In this document: positions 32,500 through 41,260 of the stretch, piece after piece | How positions within the stretch are numbered: the stretch's first letter is position 1 | Layout of the letters: each line of letters begins with the position of its first letter | Origin: a virus | Lineage: Duplodnaviria > Caudoviricetes | IMG/VR virus record: IMGVR_UViG_3300044518_000009 | Coordinates: 1 to 41,304 of that record | DNA length: 41,304 nucleotides | Strand: one strand, 5' to 3' | Notes under the pieces: generated by a model | Told to the model about the DNA's origin: nothing | The model's database searches: none | Seen by the model: only the letters and a program-made list of their open reading frames with translations | Position numbers and translations under genes: made by a program

Positions 32500-35339
32500 G
32501 TGGCAATCAACCCGAATTGGCCTGTCATTGAGCATGCTTGGGGCCCGATGTGGAACGCCAACGGCGGCGATATCCCCCTAGATCGCTACGTTGAGGTCAC
32601 TGGCCGGGCAATCGGCACTGTCACCACAGGACGTGGTCGACAGTACGAGCTTGACCAGGTGCAGGCCGGAACGCTATCGGCGGTGTTGTCTAACACTGAC
32701 GGTGCGCTTGATCCCATGAATGCCTCGGGTCCGTGGGCGGGCAATATACGGCCGTACCAGCCCTTCCGGATCCGGGCGCAGTACCCGCCAACTCCAAACC
32801 TCCTGACTCAGGTTCAGGCGACCGGCGGGGATCTGGGAGGCATTCCGACCGGCACGATCCCGAGCGGCAATGGTGGGATTGACGTCTTCACTAACACCGA
32901 TCCCGCCGGTGGTTCCATCGTTGCTAGCGCGTCCGCATTTCGGGGGACGAACGTCTTCCAGTTCGCTGTACCCAGCGGAATCGCGGCGGCGGCCCTCATC
33001 TGCTGGACCTATCAGAATGCCGTAACCCCCGGTGCCACGTATTCCGTGCAAATGCAGGTTCGGAATGTAGTAGCGGGCACCTCAATTCCGGTACAGCTGT
33101 ACATCGGGCAGTACAACGCGTCGGGTGGCTTTGTATCGAACACGCCCGGCTCGGTTGTCACGTTGACCGGAAGCCCCACGGCAGCATGGTCCACCGTAAC
33201 GGTCACTGCCACGGCGCCGCAGAACACGTACGGAATGTACGTCGGACTCGTCGCAGCGTCCGCCGTAAGCACCACCTGCACGGTCCAGGTGGACGGGTGG
33301 CAGCTGGAGAAGGCGGCGACCCCGTCGACGTTCACCGTTCCCGGCATTACCTACCCGCTGTACGCCGGATTCGTGGAGCGCTGGCCGTCAAAGTGGGAAA
33401 AGGATGGCACCTACGGGGTTGTCAGCCCGACGGCCGTGGACGCGTTCGCTCTTCTGAGTCAGCGGATCCTCAAGGACCCCCTGACGCAGGAACTCTACTC
33501 GCGTTACCCGACCTACATTTTCCCGCTGTCTGATCCGCAGAACTCGCAAGGATTTGCGGACGCAACCGGCAATTTCCCGGCCGCCACGATCGGTGTCTCA
33601 AAATACGGCGCGGGATCCCTGACGTCGGGCAATCAGATCACCTCCGCATCCGCTGGCGGCACATTTACGGGGAGTACTGGCAGCGTCGTCACGCTCGCAA
33701 ATCAGTACCCGGGCACCAACTTGGTTCCCGAGAACGCATCGTTTATCAGCCTCAGCAACGCAGGGATTACGGGCCCGTCTAATCCCGCGTGGTGGACGCG
33801 AATGCTTGCGTTCCGATATACCGGCCCCACGCCCACAGCTGCCGCTGTCATGTGGTCGGCTATGGATGGCCAGCGGGCAAACAACAACCCGTCAGGCTCA
33901 CAAATTCAGTTCGGAATTAGCACAAGCGGCAACGTCTACGCGAACGTCGGCGGCCCGTCTGGAACCTACCAGCAAGTCGTCAATACGTCAGTGAACGTCT
34001 GTGACGGCAATTGGCACCTGATGCTTGTCTCGTGGGGCCCTTCCATCAACTATTTCGGGCTCGCTGTCGACAACGCGCCTATCGCGTACAGTACGGCGTC
34101 GGCGGCAAACAGCCCAACGGGAATCATCTCGGATTGCGTCGGTGCGTTTGTTGATGCGACTGTCGGTAACGGCACCACCTACGGATTTCAGGGCGATATT
34201 GCTTTTGCCGCCGAGTTCAACGCGTTCCTGTATCCGGCGGATGTCACGGCCATCTACAGCGCGTGGAAGAACAGCTTCGCTGGTGATAGCACGGACCAGC
34301 GGTACGCGCGGATCCTGAAATGGGCTGGCTACACAGGTGTGAGCGATATTGGCACTGGCAGACCCGCAGCATGGGCCCGGCAGTCACCGGCGGACAGGAT
34401 GCCCTGTCGGCGCTTGCCGCTGTGGTCGAGACTGAGAACGGCGTGCACTACGTGAGTACTTCCGGCACGGTCACGTTCCGGGGTCGCGGGTACCGCTATA
34501 ACAACAACACGCCAATCTACGTTTTCGGCGAAAACGGCAGCGCGGGGGAGTGGCCGTACGAGGAAGTTGAGCTTGATTACGACTCAACTCACCTTGCTAA
34601 TCAGGTGACAGTCACGCAGGGTCCGACAAGTGCGCAGTTTATCGGCGTCGACCTCACGTCTCAGGCGAATTACTTTCCTCGAACGATGTCACGCACGGTG
34701 AATTCCACGAACGCGCTGGAATGCCAGGACGCCGCGAACTATTTGGTCAGCCGATACCACAAGCCGCTTACCCGAGTGACCACGCTCAAGCTCCATCCGT
34801 CGGCATACCCGGCACTGTGGCCCGTGTGCCTGTCGCTGGAACTCAACATGCGTGTGCGCATCATGCGGCGGCCGTTCGGTGCTCCGCCAATCCAGATTGA
34901 TGCGTACATCGAGAACATCCAGTGGGACATTGACGACCAGAACGAAGCGGTCGTCACGCTCCAATGCTCGCCCGCCGACTTGACTCCTTACGGCGTTTTT
35001 GCCTCGTTCCACACCACGCTGTACGGCGCTGCCAGCGCGGGAGCAACGACGCTACAGCTCAAGCCTGGCAGCGACAGCACCAACCCCCTTGCCGCGCAGA
35101 TCAGTTCGGGGCAACCGCTGATCCTAGACCCCGGCACCGCGAACGCCGAGACAGTCACCGTGCTGGCGGTCGGCTCCACTACGTCGGGGTGGACGAACGG
35201 CACGATCACGCTGACGGCGGCAACGGTCAACTCACACCCGGTAGGGGCGGTGGTCTGTGAGCCACTTCCGTCCGGTGTCACCAACCCGGCCGCATATGAC
35301 GTGAGCGCGCGGTTCGACAGTAGCGCTTTCTCCTACTAG
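32500..35339 (+). CDS. Large minor tail protein with carbohydrate-binding-like and LamG/ConA-like regions; frame broken near 34359
   Basis: RGRQYELD, L.NTDG.LDP, DGWQLE, DGNWH motifs; ORFs 32446..34455 and 34320..35339 join as DIGTG-QTRSMGPA if one C is inserted. Confidence 0.75.
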
Positions 35340-35348
35340 CGAGGAATT

Positions 35349-35882
35349 TTGGCTAATCCCTCTGTCCCCACGCTTGCCAGCGAAATCCCGGGGAACAACA
35401 TCACGTCCGCGCTGTGGAACGGAAACGTCTACAACGGCCTCACCTACGCGCTGGGTGCACCGCTTTTTGTGGCACGCCAGCAGAATGCCCAGAGTTTCAA
35501 CTCGGGCACGAATACGCCGGTCACGTGGGACACCATCGACATTGACCAGTACGGCGGCTTCAATGCGGCGGTGGATGCCACGAAGTACACGGTCCAGCAG
35601 CCTGGCTGGTACGAGGTTCTGTACAACGTCGCATGGGCCAACAACTCAACCGGCGCGAGATCAGCGTTCCTCATAAAGAATGGTGCGAATCAACCCGGAT
35701 CGTGGTACACGTACGCCGCAGCAGCAAGCAACTACCCAACTTGCTCGGGGTCCTTCCGACTCAAGTGCGCTGTCGGCGACGCAATCCAGGTTTCCGTTCA
35801 GCAGACATCCGGCGCTGCCCTCTCAACTGCCAACCCCGGCGTAGGTGGCCCCTGGTGGTCCGTCCTTTGGTGCCACGTGTAG
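35349..35882 (+). CDS. Minor tail protein (beta-rich, C1q-like appearance)
   Basis: WDTIDID.YGG, YTVQQPGWY, GD.IQV.V.QTSG.ALST; TTG after GAGGA. Confidence 0.7.
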   Translation: MANPSVPTLASEIPGNNITSALWNGNVYNGLTYALGAPLFVARQQNAQSFNSGTNTPVTWDTIDIDQYGGFNAAVDATKYTVQQPGWYEVLYNVAWANNSTGARSAFLIKNGANQPGSWYTYAAAASNYPTCSGSFRLKCAVGDAIQVSVQQTSGAALSTANPGVGGPWWSVLWCHV

Positions 35883-35890
35883 GAGTACTG

Positions 35891-36280
35891 ATGACCAATC
35901 CTCATCCGGCCGTGGTTATGACGGTCAACGCCAAATGCAACCTGTGCGGTGCGGCGGCGGTGGTCCAGTGGCGCCGTCGGCTCACGGCTACCGAACTAGC
36001 GGCATATGACGCCAAGGTGCAGGCGGAGCGGACCCGGCTAACCGCAATCAGCGATCCGGCGAATCCGCCGGTATTCGGCCCGCTCCCCACCTCAGATGAC
36101 GTGGCTATCGCCGTGTATGCGTGCGTGCAGCATGCCGTGAGTCTCCAGAGTGCTTCGCTGGTTCACGCGGCCATCTGCACGGCGCCAAATGCAGCGAACC
36201 TGCCCAACTGCGACTGCACGCCGGAAACGGCACCTCCGCCGGACCCGACGCCAACCCCCACCCTCCCAACGGGCTGGTGA
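35891..36280 (+). CDS. Cys/His-containing hypothetical protein
   Basis: ATG after AGGAG; CNLC, C.QH, H..C, CDC; Pro-rich tail. Confidence 0.75.
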   Translation: MTNPHPAVVMTVNAKCNLCGAAAVVQWRRRLTATELAAYDAKVQAERTRLTAISDPANPPVFGPLPTSDDVAIAVYACVQHAVSLQSASLVHAAICTAPNAANLPNCDCTPETAPPPDPTPTPTLPTGW

Positions 36281-36283
36281 GCC

Positions 36284-36517
36284 ATGGCAGACGACCCCCT
36301 GGGAGTCACCATCTCCGCGCGGGAGATTTACGACGAAATCGTCGGCATGCGTGCGGATGTCCAATCGCTTGCGCAGTCCAATGCCAGCTCCAGCGCGACT
36401 CTCGCCGACCACGAATCACGGATCCGCGCTGTGGAGCGGTGGAAGTACGGCGTACCGGCGGCAACCCTGAGCGGCGTGATCGCCACGGCCGTAGCGCTCT
36501 ACTCCGTCATCAAGTAA
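36284..36517 (+). CDS. Membrane protein with coiled coil (lysis-module type)
   Basis: DHESRIRAVERWKY followed by a C-terminal hydrophobic helix. Confidence 0.75.
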   Translation: MADDPLGVTISAREIYDEIVGMRADVQSLAQSNASSSATLADHESRIRAVERWKYGVPAATLSGVIATAVALYSVIK

Positions 36518-36531
36518 AAGGCTTGCACTCT

Positions 36532-36879
36532 ATGACTAAGGCACGAGAGATCAATGAGCGACTAGGCGTACTGATCACGCGCGCTGTCGGAAGCATGTGG
36601 TGTGCCTATGCGTTCGCTGGGCTCACCCTCACTTCGCTTCCCGACAACGTGGATTCACTCGCGCATTTCATTCAGTGGCTGTCCACGTCATTCCTGCAAT
36701 TGGTCCTGTTGTCCATCATTCTCGTTGGGCAGGACCTTCTAGGGCGTGAGTCGCTGACCCAGCAGACGGAGACTCACGACGCCGTCATGGTAAGTCTGCG
36801 ACTTGTTCGCGAGGATCACGCCGCCATGGCCGCATTGGTGGCCGACCTGCACGCACTACACATCTCAGAGGAGAAGTAA
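36532..36879 (+). CDS. Two-TM membrane protein (DUF1003-like)
   Basis: ITRAVGSMWCAYAF and WLS..FLQLVLLSIILVGQ. Confidence 0.7.
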   Translation: MTKAREINERLGVLITRAVGSMWCAYAFAGLTLTSLPDNVDSLAHFIQWLSTSFLQLVLLSIILVGQDLLGRESLTQQTETHDAVMVSLRLVREDHAAMAALVADLHALHISEEK

Positions 36880-37121
36880 TGTCCCCCATTTCCGGCAAGG
36901 TGACTGCCTCCACGGTTGCCGCATCCATCAGTACCCTGGTGTTCTCCATCGTGGCCCCGCACGTCTTCCCGCATGGCGTCCCGTCGGACGTGGAGGGACT
37001 GGCCGAGACCGTCATCACTGCGGGCGTGACCTTCGTGTCCGGCTACCTGGCGCGCCACGGCGTTACGCAGGCCGTGGAGAAGGAAGTTGAGAAGGTTGTG
37101 ACCCCGCCGGTTGCTGGCTGA
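36879..37121 (+). CDS. Putative holin
   Basis: 80 aa, PI..KVTAS, two hydrophobic helices, FVSGYLA.H, charged C-terminus. Confidence 0.7.
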   Translation: MSPISGKVTASTVAASISTLVFSIVAPHVFPHGVPSDVEGLAETVITAGVTFVSGYLARHGVTQAVEKEVEKVVTPPVAG

Positions 37122-37122
37122 G

Positions 37123-37144
37123 CTTCACCCAAATTTGGGTGAAG
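37123..37144. repeat. 22-bp palindrome copy 10
   Basis: Exact match, 1 bp after the holin stop. Confidence 0.97.
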
Positions 37145-37159
37145 GTAGAAGGAGAGAGC

Positions 37160-37708
37160 ATGGCACGGCAGAACATCGCACTCATGGGTCGGGCGCGCAG
37201 CGGGAAAGACACTGTTGCCGCCCGGCTTGTGGAGGCTCACGGCTATACGCGGGTTGCGTTCGCCGACCCACTCAAGGATGTGGCGTACGAGCTTAACCCG
37301 ATCATTTCCGGCGCTGGCTTTTACGGGTCGGTCCCCATTCGACTGCAATCGGTGATTGACCGGCGCGGGTGGGAATGGGCGAAAGACCACTATTCAGAGG
37401 TCCGGCGCCTGTTGCAGCACCTCGGACAGTCGGTCCGGGATCGTTCTTCCGGGTTCTGGATTCAGCAAGCCTTGATCACTATTTCCGAGGCTTCCGGTCC
37501 GGTGGTTGTCACGGACTGCCGCTACCCCAATGAGGCTGCTGTTCTCAAGCGCATGGGGTTCCGCATGGTTCGAGTCATCCGACCGCACCACACAGACGGC
37601 ACCCCCGAACACGAGAGCGAGACCGCCCTAGACGGCTACCCAGCGGACGTGGAGCTGACCAATGGAGGAACTTTGGGATACCTGCGCGTGCGCGCTGACC
37701 TGCTATGA
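37160..37708 (+). CDS. Deoxynucleoside monophosphate kinase
   Basis: GRARSGKDT P-loop, FADPLK, RRLLQ.LG, VVTDCRYPNE, HESE. Confidence 0.92.
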   Translation: MARQNIALMGRARSGKDTVAARLVEAHGYTRVAFADPLKDVAYELNPIISGAGFYGSVPIRLQSVIDRRGWEWAKDHYSEVRRLLQHLGQSVRDRSSGFWIQQALITISEASGPVVVTDCRYPNEAAVLKRMGFRMVRVIRPHHTDGTPEHESETALDGYPADVELTNGGTLGYLRVRADLL

Positions 37709-37715
37709 CGTACTG

Positions 37716-37740
37716 GCCCCCGCTTCGGCGGGGGCTTTCG
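37716..37740 (+). terminator. Intrinsic terminator (end of late operon)
   Basis: GCCCCCGC-TTCG-GCGGGGGC followed by TTTCG. Confidence 0.8.
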
Positions 37741-37753
37741 TCGTTTCGGGGGC

Positions 37754-37783
37754 TTGCGCTGATATCCCGTCAACCCCTAGTGT
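37754..37783 (+). promoter_or_regulatory. Putative HrdB-type promoter with operator-like motif in the spacer
   Basis: TTGCGC-N18-TAGTGT; CTGATATCCCGTCAA at 37759-37773. Confidence 0.5.
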
Positions 37784-37821
37784 CGTCTCAGCAACAACAC
37801 GACAGACCAAAGGGGAGAGCA

Positions 37822-38715
37822 GTGCGCACCTACACCATCCGGTACAACCGGGCCACGAACCACATCGACGGCATCGGCGCCCGCACGACCAGCGGTGGCA
37901 ATGACATGGGCGACCACGTGTCCTACTACGCGCTGAAGGCGTGCGGATCGCTGACCCGTTCCGGCTCGAACATGGCCGTCAGCAAGTCGTTCGAGTCGCT
38001 GGCGGAGGCTCTGGAGTACGCCCGGAAGCTCGGCGGCCGGAAGCTCTGCAAGACGTGCGAAAAGGCTGCGGAGGCTCTGCTGGCGGCTGAAGCCGAGGCG
38101 GCGGAGGTTGAGGAGGTTGAGGAGGTTGAGGAGGTTGAGGAGGTTGACGCGGTGTACGGCCCGATCTGGGACGCCGAGCTGGCGGTTCGGGGCGAGAGGG
38201 CAAGCGCAACGTTTGGTGACCTTGAGACCCTGGCGCGTGCTCCGCGAAACCTGAAAGCGGCGCAGGAGAAGCTCTACGCGCTGATTGAGTCCCTTACGTT
38301 GGATGAGCTTCGCGAGTATGGCGCGTACAGGAGGGAAATTCGCGAAGCGCACAAGGCTGCGGAGGCTCAGTTGGCGGCGGAGACGGAGGAGGTTGCGCAC
38401 GCTTCGTGCCCGACGCACCCGTGGGCGAGCGGCCGCATGGGTGACGAGAAGTACCACAGCGACGCACGCTGCATCACGGACCCAGAGGGTAGCAAGGCAC
38501 CGCAGTTCGTTCGCCGCGAAGATGGCCCGCGCAGTAACGAGGGGTGGCTCTACGACGCCGCCGGAACGCGCTACTACTTCCACTACTTCAGCTTCCGCCC
38601 GGTTCAGGTATTCGCGGGGTATGACGGCCCGTACGGGCGCATTGGCGAGGGTCTGAACGGAAAGCAGGTTGCGGAGATGACGATTATCGAGTTGCAGGAA
38701 ATCCCCGCGAGCTAG
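37822..38715 (+). CDS. Hypothetical protein with acidic EVE tandem repeat
   Basis: GTG after AGGGGAGAG; CKTC motif; (GGAGGTTGA)x5. Confidence 0.8.
   Translation: MRTYTIRYNRATNHIDGIGARTTSGGNDMGDHVSYYALKACGSLTRSGSNMAVSKSFESLAEALEYARKLGGRKLCKTCEKAAEALLAAEAEAAEVEEVEEVEEVEEVDAVYGPIWDAELAVRGERASATFGDLETLARAPRNLKAAQEKLYALIESLTLDELREYGAYRREIREAHKAAEAQLAAETEEVAHASCPTHPWASGRMGDEKYHSDARCITDPEGSKAPQFVRREDGPRSNEGWLYDAAGTRYYFHYFSFRPVQVFAGYDGPYGRIGEGLNGKQVAEMTIIELQEIPAS
38103..38147 (+). repeat. 9-bp tandem repeat x5
   Basis: GGAGGTTGA repeated 5 times in frame. Confidence 0.95.
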
Positions 38716-38716
38716 C

Positions 38717-38779
38717 GTCGAAACGGGCTCTGGCCCGTCCGTCCGGGATTCGCCACCCGGCGCTGACGAGACAGGCGAA
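38717..38779 (+). ncRNA. Type II hammerhead ribozyme with pseudoknot
   Basis: GTC-GAAA-C GGGC(TCTG)GCCC G-TC | CG(T)CCGGG(ATTCGCCA)CCCGGCG-CTGACGA-GAC; loop TTCGCC pairs with downstream GGCGAA. Confidence 0.85.
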
Positions 38780-38790
38780 AGGGGAGAGCA

Positions 38791-38961
38791 ATGAAGGTAC
38801 GTATTGTGATGACGATCGACGTCGACCCGGACGAGTGGGTGGCGGTCTACGGAGGCAGGCGGGATGGGGTGCGCGAGGATGTCAAAGATTACGCGTTCCA
38901 CAACGTGGTGGAGTCAGCAGGCATCAAAGAGTCGGGCGCTACCGTCACGCTGGTGAAGTAG
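38791..38961 (+). CDS. Small hypothetical protein (56 aa, below the ORF track cutoff)
   Basis: ATG after AGGGGAGAG; MKVRIVMTIDVDPDEWVAVYG...VREDVKDY. Confidence 0.75.
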   Translation: MKVRIVMTIDVDPDEWVAVYGGRRDGVREDVKDYAFHNVVESAGIKESGATVTLVK

Positions 38962-39236
38962 TGGCCGCCAACAGGCTCCACGTATCCCGCGTGCTTCGCG
39001 CCGCTGGCTTCCGGCCACGGCATGGCCAGCGCATGAACGGCCCCGGCGGCTATCGGTCGGCACAGGACGGCGTCCGGGTTCGGGTAAGCCACTGGTTTGG
39101 GCCTGAGGCTGATTACATGCCCGACGACGAACGGGATGCTCTCAGGGCCGAATTCCTCGAAGACTACAGGCTGGCACTCCTGCGCGAAGGGTACTTGGTG
39201 GAGCTGAGCCACGGTGCACTGTATGTGACGGTGTAG
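38961..39236 (+). CDS. Hypothetical protein
   Basis: GTG overlapping the previous TAG; 91 aa. Confidence 0.7.
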   Translation: MAANRLHVSRVLRAAGFRPRHGQRMNGPGGYRSAQDGVRVRVSHWFGPEADYMPDDERDALRAEFLEDYRLALLREGYLVELSHGALYVTV

Positions 39237-39238
39237 GG

Positions 39239-39260
39239 CTTCACCCAAATTTGGGTGAAG
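39239..39260. repeat. 22-bp palindrome copy 11
   Basis: Exact match, upstream of the putative repressor promoter. Confidence 0.97.
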
Positions 39261-39285
39261 CTGACACGCCCACTGACCAGCAGAT

Positions 39286-39315
39286 TTGTGCTGACGGGTC
39301 GTCAGGGCGTAGAGT
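39286..39315 (+). promoter_or_regulatory. Putative HrdB-type promoter of the repressor gene with CTGAC-N5-GTCAG in the spacer
   Basis: TTGTGC-N18-TAGAGT; CTGACGGGTCGTCAG at 39291-39305. Confidence 0.55.
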
Positions 39316-39364
39316 TGTACCAACAGCACGGCGCAGGGCCGGGCAAGGGGAGAGGGTGGAAGTC

Positions 39365-40831
39365 ATGGTTGCAAATGTGGTCAGTGTCCGGGGTGGCAAG
39401 GTGCACATGGGAACTGACGGCATGGGCAAGCACGCATTCCCGCTCTGCCGGACCGGCGGTATGACCAACAGTGGGACGAAGTACCGTGAAACCAGTGATG
39501 ACGTGACGTGCCGTGTTTGCGCCACGTTCATCGATGGCAACGCGTCCAACAATGGAGAGAAGGAAGAAATGGCTGCGAAGGAAGACAAGGCCGCGAAGGA
39601 AGCGAAGTGGGCCGAACTCGGTGAGAAGATCACCGCGTGCATCGAGCGCATCAAGCCCTTGGCGATCGAAGGCAACACGGATGCCGCTCAGGCGATCTTC
39701 AAGGATGAGGTAGAGATGCTCATCCCGCAGATCACCGGCGAAGGGGCGATGGCGGAGCGCAAGAGGTGGCGCGCGCTGGCCGAGGCGGCGTTGGAGGCGA
39801 AGCCGGAGATTACGCCGAGTAGCGAGGTGGCTACTGCCCCGCAGGCTGCCGAAGTGGCATCGCTGGAAACCCGCGACTACCACGACATTGAAGGCGTTAG
39901 CGAGATGGTCGCAAACGCTACCGCCACGCTGGCAGAGGGTATCGAGCACCAGCGCGCGGCCACGTCCCTCGCAAAGCAACTGGCAGCTTCCACTCTGACC
40001 ATCGGCACCCTGATGACCAACCCGGAGGGGAACCCCGACCTTCGGACCCAAAGCCAGGGTTTCCGCGACATGATGACTCAGATCGTGGCTGACGCGCTGG
40101 TGCAGGCAGGCTACAAGGAGGGTGACAAGGACACCGCCCGCGCTGCTAAGAAGCTGGGCAAGTCCATCGCCTACCAGCGCGGCAACCTGCGCGTGAAGTA
40201 CATCCGGACGCTCGCCGACACCCCGGAAGAGCGGGAGAAGTTCGGCCGGGTACTGGAAGCCTTCCCGAACCACAGCGTTGAAGACGCAATCTTCGAGTAC
40301 TACAACCTTGACAGTGCGTCGGAGCTGGAGAAGACGAAGGAGCGCGAGGATGCAAGGCGCGCGCTTGCCTCGGCATCGCTGGCTGAGCTGACGGCCGCTA
40401 TCGCCGAGCCCGACATGCCCGCCGACTACGACGAGGATCACGACGAGGAAGAGGAGGACCAGGAAGACGCACAGAAGGGCGGCGGCGAACCCATCGTGAC
40501 CCCGGGTGAGAAGACACCCCGGAAGAGCCTGTTTGAGCGCCTGTCGGAGGCGGCCGTCAGCGTCGACGACAAGTTCACGGACTTCGAGGACAAGGTCGCT
40601 AAGCAGCTTGACCCGAAGAAGCTCAACAAGGTAGCGGACGAAGACGTGGCCGCCCTCGAAGCCGAGATTGCCACACTCAAGGGGAAGGTGGGCGCGCTGG
40701 GCATGACCATGGTCGCCATTACGCGGGCCCTTGAAAAGGCCGAAAAGGAACTCAAGGCGCGGAAGGTTGTCGTTGGCTCCGCCGAAGCGAGCGCGAGTGG
40801 CAGCGAGGAGGGCGACGACGCCGACGAGTAG
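39365..40831 (+). CDS. Putative immunity repressor (Streptomyces phage type), possible second start at 39569
   Basis: DY..IEGV.E.V, EG...., N..G.PD, KKL..SI..Q....R..Y.R.L pattern recalled from Streptomyces phage repressors; location between the late and early modules. Confidence 0.6.
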   Translation: MVANVVSVRGGKVHMGTDGMGKHAFPLCRTGGMTNSGTKYRETSDDVTCRVCATFIDGNASNNGEKEEMAAKEDKAAKEAKWAELGEKITACIERIKPLAIEGNTDAAQAIFKDEVEMLIPQITGEGAMAERKRWRALAEAALEAKPEITPSSEVATAPQAAEVASLETRDYHDIEGVSEMVANATATLAEGIEHQRAATSLAKQLAASTLTIGTLMTNPEGNPDLRTQSQGFRDMMTQIVADALVQAGYKEGDKDTARAAKKLGKSIAYQRGNLRVKYIRTLADTPEEREKFGRVLEAFPNHSVEDAIFEYYNLDSASELEKTKEREDARRALASASLAELTAAIAEPDMPADYDEDHDEEEEDQEDAQKGGGEPIVTPGEKTPRKSLFERLSEAAVSVDDKFTDFEDKVAKQLDPKKLNKVADEDVAALEAEIATLKGKVGALGMTMVAITRALEKAEKELKARKVVVGSAEASASGSEEGDDADE

Positions 40832-40837
40832 CAAGCA

Positions 40838-40870
40838 CGGGCCCCTGTTCTACCGACAGGCAGGGGCCCG
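40838..40870 (+). terminator. Hairpin after the repressor gene
   Basis: CGGGCCCCTG...CAGGGGCCCG, no U tract. Confidence 0.55.
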
Positions 40871-40903
40871 CTCCGTAGGCAAAACCAAGTCAAGGGGAGA
40901 GAC

Positions 40904-41260
40904 ATGTTCGACAAAGCTTCGGAAAACCTCGTGTGGGAAATCCGCGACCTGCTCCGTGAGGTGGGCACGGAAGATGGCAAGCTCTTGGACGAAGCCCTTG
41001 GCTGGCTGCTCGATGCTAAGGGCAAGACCGCTGAAGACTTCCTCGCAGAGCTCGATGTGTCCGCCGACCGGAGCGAAACGGGCTTCATTGAAGTTGATCA
41101 GCTGTCGCACGTGGTTGACCCGGTCGGGGATATGTTCACCACCATTTCGGGGAAGGACCTGGGCGGGGTGTCGCTCAAGCTTTCCCCGTACTGGCAGTAC
41201 AAGTGGTGGGTGGTGCTGACGGAGCTGTGGCTGGATCGACCGGCGCCGGAAAAGGCGTAG
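40904..41260 (+). CDS. Hypothetical acidic protein
   Basis: 118 aa after AAGGGGAGAG RBS; 3' part duplicated at 1-104. Confidence 0.8.
   Translation: MFDKASENLVWEIRDLLREVGTEDGKLLDEALGWLLDAKGKTAEDFLAELDVSADRSETGFIEVDQLSHVVDPVGDMFTTISGKDLGGVSLKLSPYWQYKWWVVLTELWLDRPAPEKA

Noticed and set aside
2809-39260. 22-bp repeat as a CRISPR array, with the Cas4-like nuclease as a cas gene
   Set aside because: Copies are kilobases apart and separated by whole genes, not short spacers. The nuclease is the usual stand-alone phage PD-(D/E)xK exonuclease and no other cas genes are evident.
2821-39364. ORF-track starts inside or before the palindrome (MGEG..., MK..., TFTQIWVK)
   Set aside because: These N-terminal extensions come from TTG/GTG triplets in or near the repeat; downstream starts with proper RBSs were used instead.
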